From a virus (taxonomy: Duplodnaviria > Caudoviricetes): a DNA stretch of 64,000 bases. Where the stretch lies: positions 808 through 64,807 of IMG/VR virus record IMGVR_UViG_3300036761_002481, one strand, 5' to 3'. Shown here one piece after another: positions 10,353 to 19,124 of the stretch; within the stretch, counting starts at the first letter, position 1, and every line of letters starts with the position of its first letter. The notes under the pieces were generated by a model. The model was given only the letters and a program-made list of their open reading frames with translations. It made no database searches and was not told the DNA's origin. The position numbers were made by a program, and so were the translations under genes.

Positions 10353-11432
10353 ATGGGTACGAAGAAAAAGACGACGACGGCTGCGCAACCAGCGAGTGAC
10401 GGCGGCGATCTGCCGTCGTTGGTGCTCGCGAACGGACAGGCACCAGATCTCGACGCGATGCGGCGTGCTGCCGAGATTCTCAAGGTGAAGATTCCGTCAG
10501 GCACCGGCGATGCTGCGACGCGCGAGCTGCTCGGGCTGCTCCGGATGAAGATGGACGAGCTCAACGAGGAAACCGAGGAGGACATGCAGCTCCAGTGCGA
10601 CCAGTGCGGAGAGCGCAGCACCGAGGACACGGATTGGTGTCCTTTCTGCGGCGACCTCGGTACCGCTCCGGACGGTGTTGTGCCGTCCGCGATCGTCGGC
10701 GCTTCGAACATCTCGAGCCTGCCCGAGGTCGCACCGAAGCGAGACGTCGACGGCGCCGTCGCCGCGCTCGGCTCGAAGCTCGACGCGGCGATCGCTCGGC
10801 TCCACACCCTCAAGCACAGCATCGTCGACACCAGCTACGAGATGGGTCTCGTCTGCAAGGAGATCCACGACAAGCAGCTTTTCAAAGCGCGCGGCTTCGA
10901 CTCCTTCAAGCAGTTCGCGGAGTCATCCGAGCTCACGATCTCGCGCTCGACCGCATATCAGTTGATGGCGCTCGTCGAGAAGTTCACGAAAGAGACCTAT
11001 CACGAGCTCGGCTACCGGAAGCTGCGGACGATCGCAGTGCTCGGAAGCGGCGAACGCGAGCAGGTCGTCGCCGCGGCACGCGAGAGCGGCAGCAGCGTCC
11101 GCGAGATCGACGAGAACGTGAGAGAGCGCCGCGGCATCCCGGCACCTGAGAAGAACCGACCGGCACCGACTGCGCCGAAGAGCTCGTCGAAGGTGACGAT
11201 CCTGACGAAGCTCGACGGCAAACCGCGCGAGCTTCGGTTCAAGTCGAGCAAGACGGGCGCGCCGATCGGCAGCGCTGCGAAGGTCTCGCAGTTCGTGGGC
11301 GACGCGTATGCCGAGGTTGAGCTCGAGGGCGGCGTGTTCATTCGCATCGGTCTTCGCGTTAGCGGACGCGACCTGATCGGGCTCAGCGCCGAGTTCCGGC
11401 GTGCCGAGGAGCTTGCTGCGGCGGCTCAATGA
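10353..11432 (+). CDS. Zn-ribbon plus HTH DNA-binding protein (DUF3102/ParB-HTH-like)
   Basis: CDQC..CPFC; KEIHDKQLF..GFDSFKQF..ISRSTAYQLM. Confidence 0.6.
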   Translation: MGTKKKTTTAAQPASDGGDLPSLVLANGQAPDLDAMRRAAEILKVKIPSGTGDAATRELLGLLRMKMDELNEETEEDMQLQCDQCGERSTEDTDWCPFCGDLGTAPDGVVPSAIVGASNISSLPEVAPKRDVDGAVAALGSKLDAAIARLHTLKHSIVDTSYEMGLVCKEIHDKQLFKARGFDSFKQFAESSELTISRSTAYQLMALVEKFTKETYHELGYRKLRTIAVLGSGEREQVVAAARESGSSVREIDENVRERRGIPAPEKNRPAPTAPKSSSKVTILTKLDGKPRELRFKSSKTGAPIGSAAKVSQFVGDAYAEVELEGGVFIRIGLRVSGRDLIGLSAEFRRAEELAAAAQ

Positions 11433-13927
11433 GCGTCGAGCTCGTGAGCGGCTGGGCCGATGGCGACACCGTCTACGTCGTCGAGCGGTCCGGAGACGAC
11501 ACGCGGATACGAGCGCTGCCGGCGAAGTGGAGCGCGTTCGTCGAGAACCTGGAGGACGACGACCGGAGACATCTCCAGCGGATGAAAGAGGTCCGCGGTC
11601 TCCAGGTCGTCGGCAACCAGACGCGCATCGACTTCCGCGATCGATATGCTCGGAAGAACGTCTGCTGGCAGCTGAAGGAGCTGTCGGACAGCAACTACCG
11701 AGTCACCGGGCGCCGGCGCAATCAACCGCTCGAAGCCGACGTGAACCCGCTGCGTCGCCTGCTCTCCGACTTCCCGGCGCTGACGGTCTCGGCGACGCCG
11801 CGTCTCGCGTGGTTCGATCTCGAGACCGACTCACGCAAGACGTTCAACGAAGCTCGAGAGGGCAAGTCGCGGATTCTCTCTTGGGCGCTCGTCGATCACC
11901 GGGGCGCGGAGTTTCACAGCTATCTCGAGAACGAGAGCGACGCGGCCGAAAAGCACCTGATCGAGGAGTTGTTGATCGCTGCGCGCGAGAGCGACGTGAT
12001 GATCGCTTGGAACGGCGACGGCTTCGACTTCCCCGTGCTCGAAGCGCGCGCGATGAAGCTCCGCGTCCTGCCGAACGGGCGGCATCCACTTTGGCACCGA
12101 TGGTGCTGGCTCGATCATCTCGAGGTCTACAAGAAATATAACCAGCACGCCCACGAGTCGGGCGACGAGAAGAGCTCGTTCAAACTCGACGACGTTGCGC
12201 ACAACGTGCTCGGCACCGGAAAGGACCCGTTCGACTCGCGCCGCACCTACGAGGCGTGGGCGGCCGGCGGCGACGAGCTCGCTCGGCTGCTCAGGTACAA
12301 CCGCAAGGACGCGAAGCTTCTTCCGGAGATCGAGGCGAAGACCGGCTACATCGCTCTGCATCTCGCGGCGAGCCACATCACGCGGTGCTTCCCGGACACT
12401 GCGAGCTTGATGGCGTCGCAGCAGGGCGACGGTTTCCTGCTCTCGCTCGGCGCGCAGCACGGGCATCGCTGGCCGTCGAAGATCGAGCGCGACTACGAGG
12501 CGGCTTACGAGGGCGCCTACGTGATGGAGCCTACTCGGCTCGGCATCGTCGACAACGTGCACGTCGCGGACTTCGCGAGCCTGTATCCGTCGATCATGCG
12601 GACCTGGAACATGTCGCCCGACACGCTGCTCGCGAGCCAGCCAGCGAACGCGAGCTTCGCCCACTGCCGGCTTCCGACCGCTCGCGCGTCCTGCTTCCGG
12701 CTCGACCGACGCGGCATGCTCCCGCTCGCGCTCGATCAGCTCGTCGCGAAGCGATCGGAATATACGAAGCGCGCCGAGAACGCGGAGCCGATGAGCGACG
12801 AGTTCGAGCATTACAAGCGGCTCAGCCAGGCGTTCAAGGTCGTCGCGAACTCGTTCTACGGCATCGTCGGCAGCGCGTTCACGCGGTTCTTCTGTCGCGA
12901 GGTTGCCGAGGGGGTCACGCAGACCGGTGCGTGGTTGATCAAAGCGAACGTCGTCGAGCGAGCTCGCACGGCAGGTCTCGACCCGTTCTACGGCGATACC
13001 GACTCGGTGTTCGTCTCCGGCGATTCCGCCGCGTTCGCTGAGGTTGTGCGGCAGCTGAATGCCGAGTGGCCGGCGCTCACGAGACAGCTCGGCTGCGATC
13101 GAAGCCTGATCAGTCTCGAGTTCGAGAAGTCGTTCCGCCGACTCGTGATCGTGTCGGCGAAGCGCTACGCGGGGGTGTTCAGCGTCTACAAGGGCAAACC
13201 GGTCGCCGACGGTCGAAAGCCGGAGGTGAAGGGCCTCGAGTACAAGCGCGGCGACAGCGTGAAGCTCGCGCGCGAGATGCAGCGCGAGCTGATCTGGATG
13301 CTGCTCGGTGACCGAGAAGGAGCCGTCGTTCCGCCGGTCGACGATCTGGTCGCCTGGGTCGAGCGCTGGCGCAACCGCGTCCTGCATGAACCGCTCGCGC
13401 TTGCTGACATCGTGCTGTCGCAGTCGGTTCGCGCGCTCTCCGAGTACAAGGAGCGTTACACCTCGCGAACCTGCGGCGGCGCCGGTCGCGCGAAATCGAA
13501 GAAGTGCGGCTTCGACTACGGCGGCACCGATCGAGATGGTGACGCGCCGGACTCGTGTCCACGTTGCGGAACCATCAGGAAGATCGCAGCGCCGCAGGCG
13601 CATGTTCGCGTCGCGAAGGTGCTCGCCGAGCGCGGCGAAGAGATCCGAGACGGAACGCGCGTCGAGTACCTGATCGTGGCGAGCAACGGCGAGCGCCTCG
13701 AAGCGGTGCCGGCGCACGACGCTGGAGCGCTTGAGAGCATCGATCGCGACTATTACTGGAGCTCTCGCATCTACCCGCCGTGTTCACGCGTGCTCGAAGC
13801 CGCGTTTCCGACCGTGACGTGGGTCGAGACGTCTGCGCAAAAGAAGCTGCGCCTGAAGACCGAAGCGATCGGCGCGAACCGCGGCGTCGACGGTCTGCCG
13901 CTCTTCGAGACGCAGCAGCAGCAGTAG
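11429..13927 (+). CDS. Family B DNA polymerase with 3'-5' exonuclease
   Basis: DLETD, WNGDGFDFP, YNRKD; DFASLYPS, KVVANSFYG, YGDTDS, KRY, KGLE. Confidence 0.97.
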   Translation: MSVELVSGWADGDTVYVVERSGDDTRIRALPAKWSAFVENLEDDDRRHLQRMKEVRGLQVVGNQTRIDFRDRYARKNVCWQLKELSDSNYRVTGRRRNQPLEADVNPLRRLLSDFPALTVSATPRLAWFDLETDSRKTFNEAREGKSRILSWALVDHRGAEFHSYLENESDAAEKHLIEELLIAARESDVMIAWNGDGFDFPVLEARAMKLRVLPNGRHPLWHRWCWLDHLEVYKKYNQHAHESGDEKSSFKLDDVAHNVLGTGKDPFDSRRTYEAWAAGGDELARLLRYNRKDAKLLPEIEAKTGYIALHLAASHITRCFPDTASLMASQQGDGFLLSLGAQHGHRWPSKIERDYEAAYEGAYVMEPTRLGIVDNVHVADFASLYPSIMRTWNMSPDTLLASQPANASFAHCRLPTARASCFRLDRRGMLPLALDQLVAKRSEYTKRAENAEPMSDEFEHYKRLSQAFKVVANSFYGIVGSAFTRFFCREVAEGVTQTGAWLIKANVVERARTAGLDPFYGDTDSVFVSGDSAAFAEVVRQLNAEWPALTRQLGCDRSLISLEFEKSFRRLVIVSAKRYAGVFSVYKGKPVADGRKPEVKGLEYKRGDSVKLAREMQRELIWMLLGDREGAVVPPVDDLVAWVERWRNRVLHEPLALADIVLSQSVRALSEYKERYTSRTCGGAGRAKSKKCGFDYGGTDRDGDAPDSCPRCGTIRKIAAPQAHVRVAKVLAERGEEIRDGTRVEYLIVASNGERLEAVPAHDAGALESIDRDYYWSSRIYPPCSRVLEAAFPTVTWVETSAQKKLRLKTEAIGANRGVDGLPLFETQQQQ

Positions 13928-13997
13928 CGCGCGACACCGTTTCGGTCGCTCGGCGAATAGAGATCAACGCGGGCAGTGCAACCCAGGAGGTTGGTAG

Positions 13998-14738
13998 ATG
14001 GCGACGCGACGTCGGAAGAAGTCGGCAGCACCAGCGATCGAAGAAGCTGAGTCTCCCCGGGGAGACTCGGAAGCTGAGCAGGAACAAGGCGAGTTGCCGG
14101 ATGACCCGTTCGAGGACGACGATTTGTTCGAGCAGCAACCGGACGAGTTTGACCAAACGTCGGACTCGCTGAGCGCGACCGCCGACACGGAGCCTCCGGC
14201 GGCGGTGAAGCAGGCGAGCGCAGAACGGACGCCGGCAGATCGGCGGATGCCGCCGCCTTGGGGAAACGTAATCACCGACGTTTTCAACATCGACATAGAG
14301 AAGACGTACAAGCGCCTGACCGAGGAGCTCGCGCTCGGCGGCGCCGCGACGCAGTACGCCACGGTGCTCTCCGCGCTCGACGTGTCAGCGCGGAACGCGT
14401 TCGACGCGGTCCGGCTATCGCGCGCCGCCAAGCGGACCGACGAGGACGTCTCGCGCGAGATCGACGAGCGGCTCGAGGTGCTGCGCACGACCGCGCGCGA
14501 GCTGCTCGAGACCGAGAAGGCGGCCGCGAAGAAGGCCGGCGGAACCGTCAAGGCGCCGACCGTCCAGGAGATCAAGGACCGGATGATCGCGACCTGGCCC
14601 GACGAGATGCAGTCTCTCGAGTCGCGCAAGAGCTACATGCACGGAGCGTTTCGCTCCATCGAGGGGCTCGAGAAAGCGTGGTGGGACCGCTGCCAGAGCC
14701 TGCGGAAGATCGCTGATCGCTTCACGGCTCGCAGCTGA
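13998..14738 (+). CDS. Hypothetical helical protein with acidic N-terminus
   Basis: AGGAGG RBS; lies between polymerase and SSB-like gene; contains palindrome copy 3. Confidence 0.65.
   Translation: MATRRRKKSAAPAIEEAESPRGDSEAEQEQGELPDDPFEDDDLFEQQPDEFDQTSDSLSATADTEPPAAVKQASAERTPADRRMPPPWGNVITDVFNIDIEKTYKRLTEELALGGAATQYATVLSALDVSARNAFDAVRLSRAAKRTDEDVSREIDERLEVLRTTARELLETEKAAAKKAGGTVKAPTVQEIKDRMIATWPDEMQSLESRKSYMHGAFRSIEGLEKAWWDRCQSLRKIADRFTARS
14051..14066. repeat. 16-bp palindrome, copy 3
   Basis: Exact match; extends 14049-14068; translated as ESPRGDS. Confidence 0.95.
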
Positions 14739-14756
14739 AGAGAGAGGAAACGACCG

Positions 14757-16274
14757 ATGGGCATATCCAGTTTCGTCGAGCACACGCGTAAGAACTCGTT
14801 CGGGGGATCGTTTCTCGACAAGTGGAAAGACGACGGGAAGATCGTCGTCTGGCTACACACGCTGGTCGATCCGGTCGCGGTGTGGAGTCACAGCTTCTGC
14901 TTTCTCGACACGGTGGAGGACAAGGAGAGCGGGAAGCAGAAGGCGATCCTCCGGTTCCCGCACTACGTCTCGCCCGATCCGGAGACAGTTCACCGGAATC
15001 AGTATTTCCGTAAAGACGATGACGACACGCTGCGAGTCCCGCCGGACCGCGACGCGTTCCTGCTCCTGCGCGAGTGGCTTCGCCGAGCCGAGCACATCTC
15101 GCTTGAGCAAGGCGTGTTCCGGTGGACGAACCCGAAGAACAACGACGTGCAGACCTGGACGCGCGGTGAGCTCTCCGGACTCGTCAAGCGAGGACGGAAC
15201 TTCGGACATTCGCTCGACACGAAGCAGCAGTATCTCTTCGCGGTCGTGCGCAACGATGCACCGAAAGACGGTGTTTTTCTCGCACGCGAGACCGCGCTGC
15301 TCGGCAAACGCATCGCGGAGGTCATCAAGCAGCGGCAGGAGGAGCACGGCGAAGACGGCGGCGATCCGCAGAAGCATCCGTACTCGTTCGTTTGGTCGTA
15401 CGACGACAAGGCGAAGTCGCCGATGGACTCCTACAAAGCTTGGAAGGGCGATCACGAGCTCACCCAGGATGTGTGGGACGCGATCACGTCGGACAGTCCG
15501 CCCGACCTGACCGAGTTCTCGACGCCGCGAGACGGCGATCAAGACAAGATCCGCGCCGCGATGGAGGACGCAGCTCAGGTCGATCTGCCGTTCGACGAGA
15601 TATTCTCCGAGGATCCGGCGGTTCGACTCGATCTCGCTCTCGGTCGAGCGAAAGCGCGACCGCCGACGCGCGCTGCCGCGCCGCCACCTGCGTCTGCTCC
15701 GAGCGTCGCGAAACCACCGGTCCCGCGACCGGCTCCGGGGCCGGCTGCCGCCAGGCCGGCGGCGAGCGTGCCAGCGACGCCCGCTCAGCGCCCCGCGGCG
15801 CCCGCTCAATCTTCGGCGGTAGCGAAGCCAGGGCCTGTCGTTCGATCGCCCCCTGCCGCGCCTCCTGCGCAGGCTGCGAGGCCGAACGGCGCTCAACGAC
15901 CGCCGCCTGCGACCGGGCCGACACCACCGGTCGCCACGCCGGGTCCGGCTTCGCCAGCAGTCGCGGGTAGAACGCGACGTCGGAAGCCCGATCCGGAACC
16001 TGAGCCGGAACCCGCACCGGAGCCGGAGGAGGAGCAGGTCGCGTGCGACGACTGCGGTATCGCGATGCCGGTGAGCGCGACGAAGTGTCCGAACCCGGCG
16101 TGCGGTGCCGAGTACGACGTCGATCCCGACGACGCCGGAGAAGCTGCCGAAGCGGCGCCGGCAGAACCGGCGGCGGCCGTGGCCACCGAGTGCTGGTCCT
16201 GTCAGGGACCGGTCGCGAACGACAAATGCTCGTCGTGCGGCATCGAGCAGCAGAGCGACGAGATCCCTTTCTGA
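14757..16274 (+). CDS. Putative ssDNA-binding protein with Pro/Ala linker, Zn ribbons and DEIPF tail
   Basis: C-terminal SDEIPF resembles the bacterial SSB tip; directly upstream of RecA. Confidence 0.6.
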   Translation: MGISSFVEHTRKNSFGGSFLDKWKDDGKIVVWLHTLVDPVAVWSHSFCFLDTVEDKESGKQKAILRFPHYVSPDPETVHRNQYFRKDDDDTLRVPPDRDAFLLLREWLRRAEHISLEQGVFRWTNPKNNDVQTWTRGELSGLVKRGRNFGHSLDTKQQYLFAVVRNDAPKDGVFLARETALLGKRIAEVIKQRQEEHGEDGGDPQKHPYSFVWSYDDKAKSPMDSYKAWKGDHELTQDVWDAITSDSPPDLTEFSTPRDGDQDKIRAAMEDAAQVDLPFDEIFSEDPAVRLDLALGRAKARPPTRAAAPPPASAPSVAKPPVPRPAPGPAAARPAASVPATPAQRPAAPAQSSAVAKPGPVVRSPPAAPPAQAARPNGAQRPPPATGPTPPVATPGPASPAVAGRTRRRKPDPEPEPEPAPEPEEEQVACDDCGIAMPVSATKCPNPACGAEYDVDPDDAGEAAEAAPAEPAAAVATECWSCQGPVANDKCSSCGIEQQSDEIPF

Positions 16275-16288
16275 GACGCGAGGTCTAA

Positions 16289-17455
16289 GTGGTCCGAACT
16301 CGACAGGCAAAGGTGTCGGAAAACCCGATCAGCGACGGCTCGGCGCCGGCGCCGAAACGCGCGATGCCGTTGCCGAAGGGCTGGTCGAAGCCGAGCGAAG
16401 CTCTCGATCGCGTCACGTCGGTTCGCACGATCTTCCCTGACTTCAACCGCGCGGTGCGGCGCGGCGGCTTGCCCGTCGGACGGATCACGACCGTCCACGG
16501 GCCGACCCACGGTGGGAAAACCGCGTTCGTTCTCGGCTTGCTGAAGTCGTTCGTCGACGGCGGGCACATCGGCGCGCTCGTCGACGCGGAGCATGCGACC
16601 GGGTACGAGTTCGCCCAGGAGCTTCTAGGCGAGCTCGAGCAGCGCGACAACTTTCTCGCGATGCGGCCGCACTCCTACGAGGAGACCATCGACGCGGTCG
16701 ACTCGCTGCTTGCGCATGCACGAAGCGAGCGCGCGCTGAACGCCGACCTCAAGTCGATCTGCGTCGTCGACTCGATCAACAAGCTGGTACCGAAGCGCGA
16801 GCTCCAGCAGATGCTGAAGGCGCTGAGCGACGAGCCCGAGACGGCTGCTCGCGGGAGCGGTAAGCGGTTCAAGAAAGAGGCTGGCGCCGACCAGCTCGCG
16901 AAGGGTCACTGGGGGCGCTCTCGAGCAGCGCTCAACCAGAGCTGGCTCGACCATCTCGTGCCGCTGCTGAGCGCGGCGGGCTGCGCTCTGACCCTGATCG
17001 CACAGGAGCGCGAAGAGGAGCCGGAGTGGGGCACCAAGCCGGACGTGAAGATCAAGGGCGGCGCGGCGCTGACGTTCGACAGCTCGCTGCTTATCCGCGT
17101 TAGCAAAGCGCAGCCGATGTACGACGGCGAGCGGAAGGACGAGAACATCATCGGCTTCCAGCACCGCGTCCGGATACACAAGAGCAAGGTCGGGCACATG
17201 GACGGTCGGCACTCCGACTGCGTCTTTCATCTCTCGAACGGGCGCTACTCGCCGCCTGGTTTCGACACAGCGCGCGACGCGCTTTACGTCGCGAAGAACC
17301 TCGGCGTCGTACAGGGCGGCTCGTGGGTCGTCTGGCGCCGTCGCAAGTGGCAGGGCGAGAACCGCGCCGTGACCGCGCTCTCGAAGGATCCGCAGGCGCT
17401 CGCCGAGCTGCTCGACGACGTTCACGCAACCATCGACAAGGCGGAGGGTCGCTGA
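16289..17455 (+). CDS. RecA/UvsX-like recombinase
   Basis: GGLPVGRI, GPTHGGKT, VDAEH, VVDSI, GGAALTFDSS, KSK. Confidence 0.92.
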   Translation: MVRTRQAKVSENPISDGSAPAPKRAMPLPKGWSKPSEALDRVTSVRTIFPDFNRAVRRGGLPVGRITTVHGPTHGGKTAFVLGLLKSFVDGGHIGALVDAEHATGYEFAQELLGELEQRDNFLAMRPHSYEETIDAVDSLLAHARSERALNADLKSICVVDSINKLVPKRELQQMLKALSDEPETAARGSGKRFKKEAGADQLAKGHWGRSRAALNQSWLDHLVPLLSAAGCALTLIAQEREEEPEWGTKPDVKIKGGAALTFDSSLLIRVSKAQPMYDGERKDENIIGFQHRVRIHKSKVGHMDGRHSDCVFHLSNGRYSPPGFDTARDALYVAKNLGVVQGGSWVVWRRRKWQGENRAVTALSKDPQALAELLDDVHATIDKAEGR

Positions 17456-17680
17456 ATGCGAGAGTTCATACGTGATGCTCGAACACGGCAAAGCAAGGTC
17501 TGGCAGAAACGACACGTTCGAGCGCGGATCTACCAGGTGATGGCGACGACGCTCGACCACGACGTGTACGCGAACGGCTCTGCCTGGGTAGACGAACTAG
17601 TCGAAGAAGAGGGCATCGATCGAGACCTGATCGTCACGGAGACTCGGCGCGTTCTGGCTCACCTGAAGAAGCTCGGCTGA
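17456..17680 (+). CDS. Hypothetical protein
   Basis: Coupled ORF within the operon. Confidence 0.55.
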   Translation: MREFIRDARTRQSKVWQKRHVRARIYQVMATTLDHDVYANGSAWVDELVEEEGIDRDLIVTETRRVLAHLKKLG

Positions 17681-18465
17681 TGCGGCTCCTGCTCACCAGC
17701 GACTGGCACGACGATGCGATCACGCTCGGAGTCGAGCGCCGCACCGAGCTGCTGAAGTACCTCGACCGCATCACTCGCGCGGTGTGCGACGAAGCCGTTG
17801 ACGTTCCGATCTTTTCCGGCGACGCGTTCGATCCCGGCTCGATGATGCAGTCGCAGTACGAGGTCGACGTGATCTGCGCGTTCCGCGGTCTCGCGCAGAT
17901 GAGCACTCGCGGAAAGCTCGTCGCGGTCGCCGGCAATCACGACGTGGTCGAGGTCGCGCGCCCTCTAAGCACGTTGAGCCCGGCCGCGAACGCGGGCGAC
18001 GGCAGCAGCTACGTCGCTGAGATACCGTCGGTCTTCTCGCTCCACGAGAACGAGTCGAGCTCCGAAGGTGTTTCGTTTCTGTTGTTGCCGTACATCTCTC
18101 GCGCTTGGGCGGACGCGGAGCGGAACACTCCGGGCATGGTCGGACCCGCAGCGCTGACCGACATCGCTTTCGAAACCGCCGCGACGCTGCGCAGGCGCGG
18201 GCACCGGATCGTGGTTGTCGGTCACATGACCGTTGCCGGCGCCGTGATCGGAAGCGAGAGCGTCGAGATGTCTCGCGGTCGCGATCTCGACCTGCCGATC
18301 GAGCGCATCCGCGCGCTCGAACCGACGCTCGTCGTCAACGGGCACTATCACCGACCGCAGGTCGTCGATGTCGGCGGGCTTCAGATCGTGATCCCAGGTT
18401 CGCCGCTCAGCTTCACGACCGACGATCCGTCGGACGGCAAGGGTTACGTGATCGCGGAGGTATGA
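17680..18465 (+). CDS. SbcD/Mre11 metallophosphoesterase nuclease
   Basis: SDWH, GDAFD, GNHD, GH, GHYH. Confidence 0.92.
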   Translation: MRLLLTSDWHDDAITLGVERRTELLKYLDRITRAVCDEAVDVPIFSGDAFDPGSMMQSQYEVDVICAFRGLAQMSTRGKLVAVAGNHDVVEVARPLSTLSPAANAGDGSSYVAEIPSVFSLHENESSSEGVSFLLLPYISRAWADAERNTPGMVGPAALTDIAFETAATLRRRGHRIVVVGHMTVAGAVIGSESVEMSRGRDLDLPIERIRALEPTLVVNGHYHRPQVVDVGGLQIVIPGSPLSFTTDDPSDGKGYVIAEV

Positions 18466-18468
18466 GAG

Positions 18469-18867
18469 ATGCGACAACGCGTGCGGAAAAGCGACGAGAC
18501 GAAGCGAGCACCGACATCGAGCGTTCGGTTCGTCGTGCTGCCCTCGTCGCCGGTGATCAAACTCGAGAGCGACGACGGTCGATGCGTCGATGGAGCGTTC
18601 GTCAGGCTCGCTCCGAAGCTGCGTCGGTCCGAGCGTGAAGCGTTCGATGCGTCTGCCGCTAAGCAGCTGCTTCGAGATCGAGGCGCGGTCGCGGTCGTCA
18701 CGTCGCCGGTGATGTTGCCTGATGACGAAGCGAGACCGCGGCGATCGCGGTCGCAGAACGTCGACGCGCGCGACGAGATTCGCGCGTGGTTCGGCGCCGC
18801 GCCGAGCGCGGAAGCTGCCGAGGCTCGAGAGGGCTGTCTGCGGATAGTCGACGAGCTCAGGTTCTGA
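18469..18867 (+). CDS. Hypothetical protein, possibly a detached SbcD C-terminal domain
   Basis: Starts 3 nt after the short SbcD ORF; inferred from position. Confidence 0.45.
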   Translation: MRQRVRKSDETKRAPTSSVRFVVLPSSPVIKLESDDGRCVDGAFVRLAPKLRRSEREAFDASAAKQLLRDRGAVAVVTSPVMLPDDEARPRRSRSQNVDARDEIRAWFGAAPSAEAAEAREGCLRIVDELRF

Positions 18868-19124
18868 CAAGAGCGAGCACAGGAGGAAAACGGATGCGGA
18901 TGCGACAGCACGCTGGTGGGCCCGACGAACCGGAGGAGACACCCCCTCCGCCGCCCGACAACGACGAGGCGGAGGACGAAGACGAAGACACGGAGGACGA
19001 CGAAGAGAGCGACGAGAGCGACGACTGAGCGAGACAACACGCCGCAAGGTGGCAGAGCTCGTCGGATCCCATCGGAGGATCCGGCGAGCGATTGCCTCTC
19101 ACAAACCGGAGCTTGCTGACGAGA

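Noticed and set aside
8164-13717. Long antisense or alternate-frame ORFs (e.g. 8164-9675 minus, 11831-13717 minus)
   Set aside because: Shadow ORFs of GC-rich genes; Arg/Ala-rich with no recognisable motifs
11429-13927. Intein or intron in the polymerase (also checked helicases and terminase)
   Set aside because: Sizes are ordinary; no splice-junction or homing-endonuclease motifs seen
15660-16030. Pro-rich stretch as a DNA tandem repeat
   Set aside because: Low-complexity protein linker with no fixed nucleotide period
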